DNA from: Macrostomum lignano
Taxonomy: Eukaryota
DNA: 64,000 bases
Assembly (NCBI GenBank): GCA_002269645.1
Contig: NIVC01001181.1
Location: forward strand, 279,387 to 343,386
Direction of reading: 5' to 3'
Shown here: one piece after another, positions 1 to 11,976 of the stretch
Layout: every line of letters starts with the position of its first letter
Position numbering within the stretch: the stretch's first letter is position 1
Position numbers and translations under genes: made by a program
Notes under the pieces: generated by a model
Seen by the model: the letters and a program-made list of their open reading frames with translations, nothing else
Database searches by the model: none
Told to the model about the DNA's origin: nothing

Positions 1-1697
1 CTTTTTTCCTAGACTATTCTATTGTGCATAGGCTAAGAAGAATAAGAAAAACCAATAAAATAGGCCTAATAGATATGAAAATGCTATATTTATCAACTAG
101 TATATATAGATCAAAGAAACAAATAAGAACTACTTGCTACTTCTCTATAGAGTTCCACTATAACCACTACAATCTCTTATCTTATCGTATTACTATATCT
201 TATCTGTCTCCTCTTATCTTTATTAGAAAAGTTAACAAATTGTAGATGGCTGTCTATTGCATTTTCAACATTTTCTAATGTCACATTGTGGATTCAAGAA
301 AGGCAAGCAATGTTACATTGTGCAACAGAATTAAAGTTGAAAAGCAGGGTAGTATTGCATGTTACAGCATATCATAGTTAACAGGTAGCAATGTTAGAAA
401 CATGATGCACATATGATATTGCAGGAATACTATAATTGTCATTTAAGACTGAGTAGGCTATTGAGTTTCAGAATATTTACTTTATTTTCCAAATATTTCT
501 ATTGGTTGTTATCTGCCATTTTCTGCCATGTTTTATAATTTTTCAAATCATGTCATTATACTTATCATTCTTTTGTCTCCAATATCACACATTTGGACTA
601 CTTTTTTAGTATCAATATTGTGCATCTATGGATTTTCAAAACTTAATTCAATAAGGCTTTTTATCTGATAATCTAAATCATAGAAAGCATATGCCAGAAT
701 AAAAAATATTCTTCTGCTTATCAGTTGTATTCTATTATCAATGTTAATTAAAAAACAAATGTGTCCAATTCTTGTTTCTTATAAACCCTTATATATTGCA
801 TAATTATTAGTAATTATGTGGTAGTGCAAACTCCCACTGATGTTTTATTATTTTAAATTTTCTAATAAAAATTTTATGGACTGACATTGGACCCCCATTT
901 TGCTATTGCCCCATTTGTGGCCCAATCTGCGTATCCTGTGGCGCAGTTCAATGATGAATTTCAGTCCCTGTTCTGGTTTTCCCACCCTTTTTTCTGGTCT
1001 TGCATGTTCTTTTTCTGATTTTGTTTGTTTCCTCTTTGATTTTCTGCGGCGATTTTTGCTCCCCATGTTCTGGACCCATGTCCACATCCTGTCCCCAGAC
1101 TCTGTACTTCCTTGCCCAACGTCTGCTCCCCCATTTGTATTTAATTGGCCTCATTTGGCCCAACTCTATAACCTCTCCCCTCTTCTTGTTTTCTCAAATT
1201 ATTTAGTAGCCCTATCTATTTTTGCTAATACTCTGCTTTGCTAGTGCTCCATTTAATAATACCCATTAATACATTTCTCATAACTTGTACTCTACCTTAG
1301 CTTAGTCTCTTTCAACTTTAATTTAAAGCCTCGCACCATGGCTCCCCCAGTATCATTTGTCGTCAAGTCGACCCAAACATTCAATAACTAACTATCCTAC
1401 TAATTATAATAAATGAACATTAATTTATTTTATTTTCTGTTGCTAAATACCTAATTAAGAGCCATAGCCTATCTTAAGTCATTTGTCTATAGGGCATAAA
1501 ATAACCAAGTTCTCGATTTAAAGAAGCTCTGAGACTTTAATGTTCCATAATACATAAATTATGGTAGTGGCAGTGCTACTCTACTCGCAGTAATAAGTCA
1601 AGCATACAATGTACATCTGTTTTGGTGTCTAAGCCCTATTGGAATAAGTGGTATTTTCGCGGACAGCATCCGGCGCACTTTTTCTTTTTCCTCATAG

Positions 1698-1857
1698 TCA
1701 TGGCGCATTGCGCCCTACGCGCGCCATGCGCCATGACGCACAGCAGCTCACAGGTAAGATGCAAGGAGGACATCACGCGCTACATACAGCGCTGCTGAAC
1801 AAGGATGAGAAGCATGCACAGGAGAAAGTCAGCAGCACGGTGGAAATTCAGCAAACT
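1698..1857 (+). other. Isolated exon-like GC-rich island (possible internal exon of an unidentified gene)
   Basis: Polypyrimidine tract plus TAG acceptor (ttttttctttttcctcatag) at 1697 and GTAAGT donor at 1858. One frame is open (HGALRPTRAMRHDAQQLTG...EIQQT). No recognisable homology. Confidence 0.3.
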
Positions 1858-3550
1858 GTAAGTAAAACTTGTTTTTCTAATTTCTATAACTTTGATAATA
1901 TTGCTATGGGCTATAGTATAGCATATCTCCTATCATATGTATTGATTGCTGTGTCATCTAGAATATGCATGCAAGTTAATCGTAAAATTGGAAATTGTAG
2001 TTGAAAGATCGCAGCAGAAATGTTCTTTATTGCCTCATAAACATTATAACATAGTGCCAAATGCTAATTGCTCTTAATGTTCTCTTATAACGCAGTTGCA
2101 AGAAATAAAAAAGTAAACTAAATTCTATTAAAAGTCTCAAAAAATTTTCTGCTTTGTTTAATTATCTTTTTGATTGGTTGCGCGTACATTTATTTATGCT
2201 GACATTTAAATGTGAAAATATTCTTTGAAACACCATGCTAAATAGTTATCAGATTTGATAACCCGACCCGAGCCAAAGTGCTACAACTACTACTGAAAAA
2301 GTGTGTGGATAAGGCAAAGACAATTTTGTTTGTTCGTGAACTCTGTGTTGTTCATCACGGAGTTTCTTCATTTTGTATTAACCGATTAGCCAAATTGAAG
2401 TAAAGGGTTTCAGTGTTCGTAATTATTTTAAGTACTCACTGATGCAATTGCCACACTATTTACATTATTTATTTTTCTTTGAATAGACCAACAATGTAAC
2501 TTTGTAAGTCAAAAGACGAGTAGACTAAGAATTAAGAAATAGATACAACTACAACAGAAGGGGGCAGAAGTACAGTACAGAACAGAGTGCAGTAAAACAC
2601 AAGTGCGGTAAAACACACAACTTTCTCTCAATCTCTTTAAATCTCTCAAAAACGAGTGATGCATCATCAGAATGAACATGATAGAGACTGGAGTCATGCA
2701 CAATATCACCTAAACCTAGAGTGCTATGGCACCCTAGGATTTGAAGATTTGAATGACACATCGTCCATACCACCTTAGGATTTGAAGATTGTCATGACGC
2801 ACCGTCCAGGCCACTTTATGATTGCCATGGCGCACTAGATGCACTGTCCACAGTGTCTGAAAACTTATTCCAATAGGGGTGTCTAAGGACCCACTCTGAA
2901 TGCTCATGCAGAATGAAGACTGCTTGCCTACGACTGAAACTACCCTCCCCCAGAATTGAGGACCCTGGCAGCTAGAAAAACAGGAGAAATTTTGTTAGAG
3001 TTTGTCTATGCAATTTTTTGGATTTAATTTCTGCAAATTCAACATTACAAACAATTCAAAAGTTAGAACTGCCCCAATTTGGTGTCAAACCTACCAACCA
3101 CCAAGAAAATTTTCATTTCTCTGCCCCACTTCAAAAACAAATACTAAGCTATATAAAATATAAATATATATCATAAACTATACCTATCTATACTTTATTT
3201 ACCCTTGGCTTTGTTAGTTTTAACTCATTATAAAAATATAAAATAAATGGGCAATCCTGTAGTTTTGCTTATAAAATTATTTTTGTTAAAAATAAAAACT
3301 TTTAAGTAACTTTAAGCTTAGTAAATGATAGAATAGATAATAGGAAACAAATTTAATATATTATTAAGTGCCTAATTTTGCTTAAATGCATATTTTATGA
3401 TATTTAAAAAGAATATGTTTTCTTTCTAGCAATTTATAGCTAGCTGACCTGCTGCCCCAATAATAATTATGCCTATGGCCAAGCAACATCTTACTACAGA
3501 ACTTTGCAAACTAATTTGTCAACTTGCATAGTCTATAGAATAACCATAGA

Positions 3551-4006
3551 TAGGGGTTGGGCGATATTGAATTTTCGAGATTTTCGAGATTCGAGATTGG
3601 CCTCTTCAAGATATTTGAGATTTGATCAAGATTCAAGACATATAGTGGAACAAAAAATATATTTAATAAGTGAAATAAAGTAAATTAATATTAAAATAAA
3701 AACTATAAACTCTCAAAACTATATATTAAATTTGTTTGTTATCTTTATCATCTATTTTTTAGTTAATAGGGTCTTAAATTAGAAAAGTATTCTTTGTAAC
3801 ATGCAAAATTTAAACAAAATATTGACATTGACACCATCAAACTCTATGATATGATGTTGCATGCTTCTTATAGATTGAAATGTTTTTTCGAACATTTAAT
3901 TTTTATCTCAAATCTTGACATTTTTTCGAGATCATGAAGTCAAGATTGAGATTTGAGAAAACCCCAAGATCTCGGATCTCGAGATCGAGATCTTGTCCGA
4001 TCCCTA
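3551..4006. mobile_element. Non-autonomous hAT-type DNA transposon (MITE), 456 bp
   Basis: Perfect 8-bp target-site duplication ACCATAGA (3543-3550 and 4007-4014). Imperfect TIRs TAGGGGTTGGGC / GTCCGATCCCTA. Subterminal GAGAT(C/T) repeats at both ends and an AT-rich core. An 8-bp TSD is characteristic of hAT elements. Confidence 0.8.
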
Positions 4007-5880
4007 ACCATAGATGAAATAGCTTCTATGAAGTGGCTCACTCGAGGTACTATCTAGTGTAGCATTATTATCTACTTTAACCTCCATTAACATTGTTTAT
4101 ATATATTCAAACAATAGTAGATACTCAATAATAAGTTAAATTCATTTTTTTATCTATTCTATCCCTTATTACACTTAAGGTTACTTAAAAGTTATTATTT
4201 TTAACAAAAATAATGTAATATACAAAACTACAACAGGATTGCCATAGAAATATTTATAATTTTTTTTCAGTTACTATATAAATAATTATGCTAATACTAT
4301 TATATAGTACTAGGTAAATAGCACCAAAAATATTTACAATAGGCCCTATTCTAAATAGAAAATGATTCCCATTTTCTAGACTAGGCCCTTGTCTAGGGAT
4401 TTTTATCTTTTTTGTTTCTTCTCTTTTCTCTCTTCTATTTCCCCCTTAAGCTAATGGCCAGCAGCCATTAGCTTAGTTCTTTATCTGGGCATCTGGCCCC
4501 AGCCCCCAGGGTAAACAAAATTTCTGACTCCAAAGTCCAAACATAAATTTTAAGCAATGGTTTAGTATTTAATGATGAATGAACCTAATGAAATGAATGC
4601 AGAATGGAATTGAATTAAATTGCAGGAATGCAGCCGCTATAATATGAATGAAATGCAAAAAATATTTGGATGCAGTCCATTTCGCCTTTGGCAAAGGCGA
4701 ACTTTTAGTTTTAGTTAGAGTGCAACAGTATTTTTCGTTGTAATTAATTGACGTTTGCCAAATCTCTTCACCAAAGTGGGTTGAATGGAAACAATATTAT
4801 ATACGGTATACAGATAACAGATGCATTACCTATGTAAAGGCTAATTTACCCTGCCTTTATCTATGAATTGCGATCACTTGAAAGGATACATGAATTTAAT
4901 AATTATTAACTTCTTATTCTTAGTAGTAGTAGTAATAAATAGCTTAGGCATGACAGGATTGACAGCCTGATTACCAATACGAAAAAAGTGAGTTGATTTA
5001 CACAAATGTATTTTCGAAAGTTAAACTAAGATTTTGGCGAGACGATTTGTTTGCTGAACGTTATATTCGTAATTTTAGAGAACCTTTTCTACGAAATTAT
5101 TAAATTTGAATTTGCGCAAAACTTAATTTTTGCGACCGGTACATAAAACTGCATGAAAACAAATGTGCGACAGCAAAAAGCTTTAAAGCGCAGGATAAAT
5201 GTTAGTAATGAAATGGAATCTTAGTATCATTTGATGTTTTGATAAAAATTGTATAAAGTAGATACTGTAAGTTTAAGCAAAGAGCAAAGAAATCCTGGCG
5301 AGCAAATATATATAAATACATGGTTATTGAAGTACATAAACAACTACATGTATGAACAAAATGTAACCATTCAAAAAGAAATTTTGCTTTAAGATGAAAC
5401 CATTATAAAAGCATTTACTTAATTATCAATTGATAAAAGATTTAGAGGCCTATATATGCTGCTCTCTGCATGGTTTGTCAAATTTTCAGAATCAAATAAG
5501 CACATCAAGCTAGGCGTAGCATATCTTTGGAATGAACGAACTATATATAGCTCCGTTTGGGATGAGTTAAAAAATAAAAAAAATGAAATTTTCAATAAAG
5601 AAAAAGTTTGGGTTATAATACTCGTATATATCTCTCTATATGGCCCCCAAGCATGCATGCATGGGTACGCTCAAAAAGAACAAAGTCGTCGATCTCTGTT
5701 TGCACCCTGCGACCAATTGGACGAACTTATTCATCATCATAGCAATCGAAAGATACTGTTTTTCAAATACTGAAAGTTAAGAACTCTGTGCTTTTTTCAA
5801 GAAAACAATTGGCCATGGCATTTTTAAAGTACGTATTATGATTAAAGTAAGCTGTAATTATCAAACTTCGCTGCTGCATA

Positions 5881-6190
5881 TTGACAACAACAGTGACAAC
5901 AACAACAACAACAGAATACGAGTTCAGTGTCACAGGGCGCCCCTCAGGGCCGAATCCAGGGCAGCCGGCGTCAGCCACAGCAGGCATGCAGTCGACGATT
6001 AAACGCCAAGTGCGCGGGCCTTGCCCCGCCAGTAGGGCCAGCAGCACCTCCTGCACCGGCTCTGGGCAGTACGACTCGGCGTGGATGATGTGGCCTGCCA
6101 GCTGGAGTCGCCGACGGCGCAACAGGTCGCTTGGACGGACCAGGCCGGCGCGGTGATACAAAGCCGCGCGTTGATCACTCGCTCGTAGCC
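5881..6190 (-). mobile_element. 5'-truncated non-LTR retrotransposon (RTE-like) 3' fragment
   Basis: Minus strand encodes AALYHRAGLVRPSDLLRRRRLQLAGHIIHAESYCPEPVQEVLL, the post-RT C-terminus. It ends in TGTGACACTGAACTCGTATTC followed by a (TGT)n tail and is homologous to the copy at 15652-16340. Confidence 0.75.
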
Positions 6191-8099
6191 TTGCAGAGGT
6201 GCATGTACGCTTCGTATTGCTATACGTGGCCATGTACTTTAAATTTAAAAATGAAAAGAACGGTTATATCGACATATACAAGTCCATGGTGAGCAGCTTG
6301 ATAACTGTATACTGTAACATGTACAAGCACTGTCCTGTATTCAGCTGTTACACTTTTTATCACAGTCATTTGGCTAAGATTAGCGTTGTGTATTGCAAAG
6401 GCATGCTATGCGAAGGGATAGTTCGGGGACAGGGTTTCTAGAAACTTCCACAGCAGGACTTGTTTACGCATTGTTCCAGAAGTTTCCTCTCCCGGTCTTT
6501 CAAGAACTTTCCTTCCCCGCGTGCATAAATATACGAGCCGCCCTCCTATTGGCCAAGCCCTCTTTTGGTGCCACTGAGCGCCCGGATAATTATCTATATT
6601 GTTTCTGCGTTCGTTAATTCAACAATTCAACAATTAGGAAAGAAAAAAGATTCGAACGTAAAACCAACAATGATCGAGCCGCGTTGTCACAGTTTTTAGG
6701 CATATATGTAGGACATGTACGATTGTACGTAGGATATTAAATAAACTCACAATCCCAATTTTCTAAATGAAAAAGCTATATAAATACCAACTGCATGAGC
6801 TATTGATGGGTTTCGACCTTCGGGCTCCTTGTTAGGGAAGCCTTCGGGCCTCAGGCTCAGAAATAAATCAATTAGAGACCTGGCCCCCCACTCCTGTCAG
6901 ATGGTCAGCCCCATGGTAGCTTGATCGTGTGGCGAGCAGTCTAGGTCCTATAGCTAAGAGAGGGACAGCGAGAGACGAGCAGGGAGAATTTTGAAAGTAG
7001 AAATTAGCTAATCCGCAGATCAACTAACTTGCTGCCACCAGCCCGTGCGCCCTGGCTCACCACACCGGGACTCTCGAAATCGGGCTTCCGACTAGAAGGG
7101 GCTTTGCACTTACCTGCCAACTAGTGTCTTTTTGCTGTCAATCTCGAAGTCATAGCCGATTATAAGGGACACTGCTGGGACTAGATCGCATTGGCCATGC
7201 AGGTACAGAGGGGACTTGTGCAGGGGATTCTTGCGGTGGCGAGTCTATGGGGTATCTACATGTACTATTACATTGCTAAATACGAAGATATGTACTTTGG
7301 GCCTTCAACGCGCCAACTAGCCTCTCATAGCGCTGATGATAGACTAACTCGAACTTCAGAGACCGCATGATTCATTTACCCGAGCCGCTTGGCTACCCTA
7401 GAGTGCACAAAGTACATCTCTGGCGCCGATTCTGCACTTCTGGCAGTTTTGCTCACTGATTTGATAGATTGGTCGACTGAGAACTGCCTTGCCATTGGTC
7501 CACTGTGACCGGCGCCTACTAGCTTAGCTACTCATCTGAGCCATCGGCGAACAAAGAAACAAAACCGATAAAAATAACTGTTAGATTTAACCTTCTCCTT
7601 AGTTCACTTCACACTTCAGACTGAATTGGAGTCTTAGACTACTAGCAGTATTATTGAATGATTCCTGCCTCAGCAACAGCACTACTGAACAAAAAGAGCA
7701 AAAGTGTGCGCCTAATTCAGCTACTGAAACAGGGGACAGAAAAGGGATCACCCAATCAAGCAAGTCTAGGTAGCCTCTCACCCAACCAATCAGAAGCTCA
7801 ACAGCCGGAGACCGCAGCCGGAGGTAATCCACAGTGACCGAATCGGCTCGATGCTCTGCAGCTGTAGACTCGGAATGATGCTGTCACAATGTTCGCTGTT
7901 AGCTATAGCAGGTGATGCTCTTAACTTGATGTTCGCTGCTGATGACCGGGGGACTCGTCCTTGATGATGATGGGGGGAAGTCGCAATCCGGGGATCAAGA
8001 AACGACGGTCAGTTCCGGGCCGGTGGAGTAGGAACCCGGCCAGAGTCGGAACGGGTTGGGAACCGGTTGGGAACAAGTTGAGGTCCGAGCGGGCCAAAA

Positions 8100-8240
8100 A
8101 CACCGGTTTAAATAGCCGCCAACTGGACCGCAGTTTGTTATAATGGAACACGTCGATTCTGATTGGCTGAGCCGTTTTGTTAAAATGAGCGCCGAATTTT
8201 CTGATTGGCTAAGCTTGTTGCTACCCAGAATCACGTGACC
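8100..8240 (-). promoter_or_regulatory. Promoter-like motif cluster (two CCAAT boxes, E-box, TATA-like element) facing leftwards
   Basis: CTGATTGG at about 8159 and 8201 (CCAATCAG on minus), CACGTG at about 8231, and TATTTAAA on minus at about 8106-8113, in the canonical upstream order. Confidence 0.35.
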
Positions 8241-9388
8241 GAGAGATCCTATCAGTTCCCACAGGGTCGTAAAAAGATGACAGGTGCGGCCATAAATCAC
8301 TCAAAATCGCAACAAAATGATTTATGACTTTTCGCGTAGGATTGACAGAAATTAATGAAAAAATATACATTAGAAAGCTCTTATTAAATAGAAAGTGAAG
8401 ATAATGAAGAGAAATTGCTCATCGCTAATCCCAAGGTACTTTTAGGGGTAAAACGCATAGCTGTCAAAGCTGTCACACGCTTGAGTGAACACGAACAATA
8501 GGCTCTGACCTCATAAATCTTGATGGCCTGTCAAAATGATGAGAAAAAAGCTACTGCCCGCATCCTCTCAGACCATCTGGCGCCCGCTTCAACACTGAGT
8601 GAGGCGCAGGTGGCTGTCAGACCAACTTTGAAAGCGATGATTTATGACCCAAAAAGCTGCGCCTATGTTATTATGACTACTAGTATGACCAGACATTACA
8701 TCTAGTATAGATTCTATGAAAATTCGCAGAAAAAGGATAAAAATGCCCATTGCCCACTGTTAGTAGGCAAGTAAGTTTAGAGCCCATGTGCTAGCGCGGG
8801 ATTTGGGAAAAAGTGCGTCCTCATCACTATTTTTGAAAGTCAAGACTTAAAAAGATGAACATTGGGCCTGCCTCCTACATACATAAATCAAATGCAATAA
8901 CGATTTTTTTACTCCTCTACTTGAGTCACTCTACTTGAGTCGTCTTGTATGTAACAAAGCTTGCATGGAACAAAGCTTTTAAAATTCTGTGCTACGTACG
9001 TATTGCTTGTCTAATTGCAGCGTACCGCACTTGCGAATGGCAGCTTAGTCGATGTCTGTAAAGCACATAGAAATTCCCACAACACAGCTAGTTATCACGC
9101 TACGAGGTAAAAAACGAATATGCAAGTACATGCTGTATATACGCCCTTCAACAGAAACAACAAAAGCGCAGATGAGAGTTTTTCAAGAAAAAACTGCTAT
9201 ACTCTGAACCATGATACGAATAGAGCATCCCAGCGAAGAGCTATAAGCGAGCGAAGTGTACGCTTTTGTGCAAGAGGGTTTGTCGGTCATTCACACAAGC
9301 TTACTTTAACGTATATCTGTACATGCAGCTATACGAGTTATAAGCGCCAAGCTTGCTGTAACGTTGATTTAAAAAAACCTAGCAAAAT

Positions 9389-11011
9389 ATGCTTCGACAG
9401 ATTCTGCCGTCGCAACTGACGAGTCTAGCGGACTCCGTTTCTCCCAATCGGACAGCAGCTACAAGAAGGCCATCGCAACTGCCGCGATTCCCGCCGCTCT
9501 CGGGGCCTACGTCCTCTACTACTGGCGACAAGGACGCGACCTCCCTCCCGGTCCTGTAGGCCTGCCTCTCATTGGCCGTCTGCCATGGACCGATCCGAAG
9601 AACTTGCACCTCACGATGCAGAAAGTGGCAGAGAAGTACGGCGACATTACTTCGTTCTACCTTGGCTCGCGCCTGCTCATTGTGCTCAACTCGTACCAGA
9701 TGATGAAGGAGATGCTGGTAGACTACAACTTTGCTGGTAGACCGAGACTGCGTCTGTTCTTACAGCTGACCCGCGACTGCGGCATCATCTTCACGGAAGT
9801 CTGCGAACTCTGCGAGACTTCGGCTTTGCTAGAGCGGAAACTGTCGAGATGGTCGACGATCGACTGGACTCCATCTTCCAGACGCTTGATGAGGCCGCGA
9901 CGTCGGTCACACCGATGGAGGTGCTCGGCACTTTCATTCTCGCCTCCAACTCGATCATCACTGAGATGACACTCGGTCACCGATTTGAGCGAAACGATCC
10001 CGAGTTCTTGAAAGTCAATGCATTGATGAAAAAACTACCTGACGACGGCATAACCGAATCAGCAAGTGTCTCGTTTCCGATCATTGACAGATTGAGTGAG
10101 CTGTTTGGTCTATCAAGCAGCGTTGTTCAGAATCTAGAGTACCTGCACTCGTTCATACGGAAAGGGATCCAACAGCGTGAGAAGATAATGGTGGATGAAA
10201 GTACGGAACCCGAGTGTCTCTACGATGTATATATCCAGGTAAAAACTCGAATTCAGACAGGAGCACAAAAACACAAATTATTTTTTAACAGCTGAAACTT
10301 TAACGATTTGATTGCCACCATGACTACTTATTAGGAAAAGCGCAAGTCTGAGAAGGCTGGCGACTTTGAGACGTTCAAGGATTTCCAGCTCATTCGAGTG
10401 TGCTTCGAGTTCTACCTGGCCGGCACTGACACGACCGCCCGATCGATGGAGTGGCTGCTGCTCTACATGGCCTTCTATCCGGAGGTGCAGGACCGAGTCC
10501 AGAACGAGCTCGACTCCGTAATCGGTCAGTCGAGACGTCCACGGATGCAGGACAGGACAGAACTGCACTACACCAGCGCTGTCATCGACGAGACCTACAG
10601 AAAAGCTTCGCTGGCTGCCATCGGAGTTTTCCATCGCTCAGTGGAAGACGCAACCTTCCACGGCTACCGGATCCCAAGCGATACGATCATCATTCCGAAC
10701 GTGTACGGCGTCCACCACCGAGCCGAGTACTGGGAGAGACCGAACGAGTTCTACCCTGAGCACTTTCTCGACAACAAAGGTCGCTACCGGAGCAGTCCGT
10801 ACCTCATCCCGTTCCTGATTGGTCGGCGCTCTTGCGTTGGCGAGTCTCTGGCGTGAATGGAGATTTTCCTGTTCTTCACGGCCATCATGCAGCGGTACCG
10901 GGTGCGGCCGGAGCTGGAAAGTGCGGCAAGAAGAAGGACGACATTCCGTCTGGTCGTCTTGGAATTTTGCGGATGCCGGGGCGATACCAGTTGATTATGA
11001 GCCGTCGATAG
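9389..11011 (+). pseudogene. Cytochrome P450 (CYP2 clan) pseudogene, copy 1; exons 9389-10238 and 10335-11011
   Basis: Aligns to the intact copy 2. Lesions: 1-bp deletion in the T-run at 9438-9440, 31-bp deletion at 9797/9798 (removes the C-helix WxxxR), CGA>TGA stop at 10854-10856, and a 2-bp insertion near 10929. Exon lengths 850 (=882-32) and 677 (=675+2) match these exactly. GT-AG intron of 96 bp. AGTDTT, ETYR, PEHF and FLIGRRSCVG motifs are retained. Confidence 0.9.
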
Positions 11012-11976
11012 ACCTTGATTGATATTTTTAGAACAAAAGTAGCTTCTGTTGTTTTCATTTGGCCCTGCACATGATAAAAATTACATTTTTACCCAGAAGT
11101 TGCTTAATTATAATCGTTCTTAATATCTCCAAGATATTCCAGTCCTTATATGTATGGTACGTGCACCTGCAAAGCGCTTAGCGAGTGGTTCGCTCAGTTG
11201 GAATAGTAGCTGAATAGCAACTAGCTATACTGTAACACCTATTACTTGATTTACCCTTATCGTTCTAGCGTCTGTCTGCTTTGTGGCCTCGTTGAGTTGT
11301 TTTTGGTCTTGTGATAATCGTGGTCTAAAATTAGCCAAAAGTTCTGAGTAAAACTTTTCATAAGTAACTACGGCTATCAAAAGTTACTTCGAATCGAAAT
11401 CGTTTAATTACACCACTTCCTGTATGCTATTTTAACGTCCAAGAATGGCACATGTTTATAAAACCGATCAGTGAAACCCGTCAGCAGTTTTTACGAGTGC
11501 ATAGGCAAAATATTCTATGCTTCTATCTACTCCGAGCATATGCGCTTATCAGCTACAAAAATATAAAATGCATCACTCGTGAAGTCACTTGTTATTAGTG
11601 TAACAATAACAATAATTAATAGGTACCAAATTTTAAAGACAAAAAAGTTTACTCTACTTTTTTTTAACACTCGTATTTATTTTATTTCACAAAAAGATGT
11701 AAACTGTGATATGACTGGCTAAGATTCTAAGAACATATTCAAATACTGCGATAGCTACAATAAAAAAACTGCTTTCTGGAAAAAGTAGTCTTGAAAAAAA
11801 GAATATAGTGTTCAGTGAAATTTTTCCACTGTGAGAAATAACAACGTAAATTCAATCCAATGTGCTAAGTGTAGCTAAAATTGATGTTTCAAACTGGTCT
11901 CGTCACGTCAGATTTTAAATTGAAAACAATGGATATGTACGCACAGTTCAGAACCAGAACCTGGCGATCAGGAGAC

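Noticed and set aside
848-1244. Overlapping ORFs on both strands, possibly a decayed retroelement
   Set aside because: Purine/pyrimidine skew explains the open frames, and no RT, endonuclease or other motif is recognisable.
4681-4701. Perfect 10-bp hairpin TTCGCCTTTG-G-CAAAGGCGAA
   Set aside because: A single isolated palindrome with no TSD, partner TIR or tRNA/ncRNA context.
6808-6860. Hammerhead-ribozyme-like motif on the minus strand (GAGCCCGAAGGTCGAAAC)
   Set aside because: A stem II/GAAAC-like part is present, but the CUGANGA core is missing and stems I and III are not convincing.
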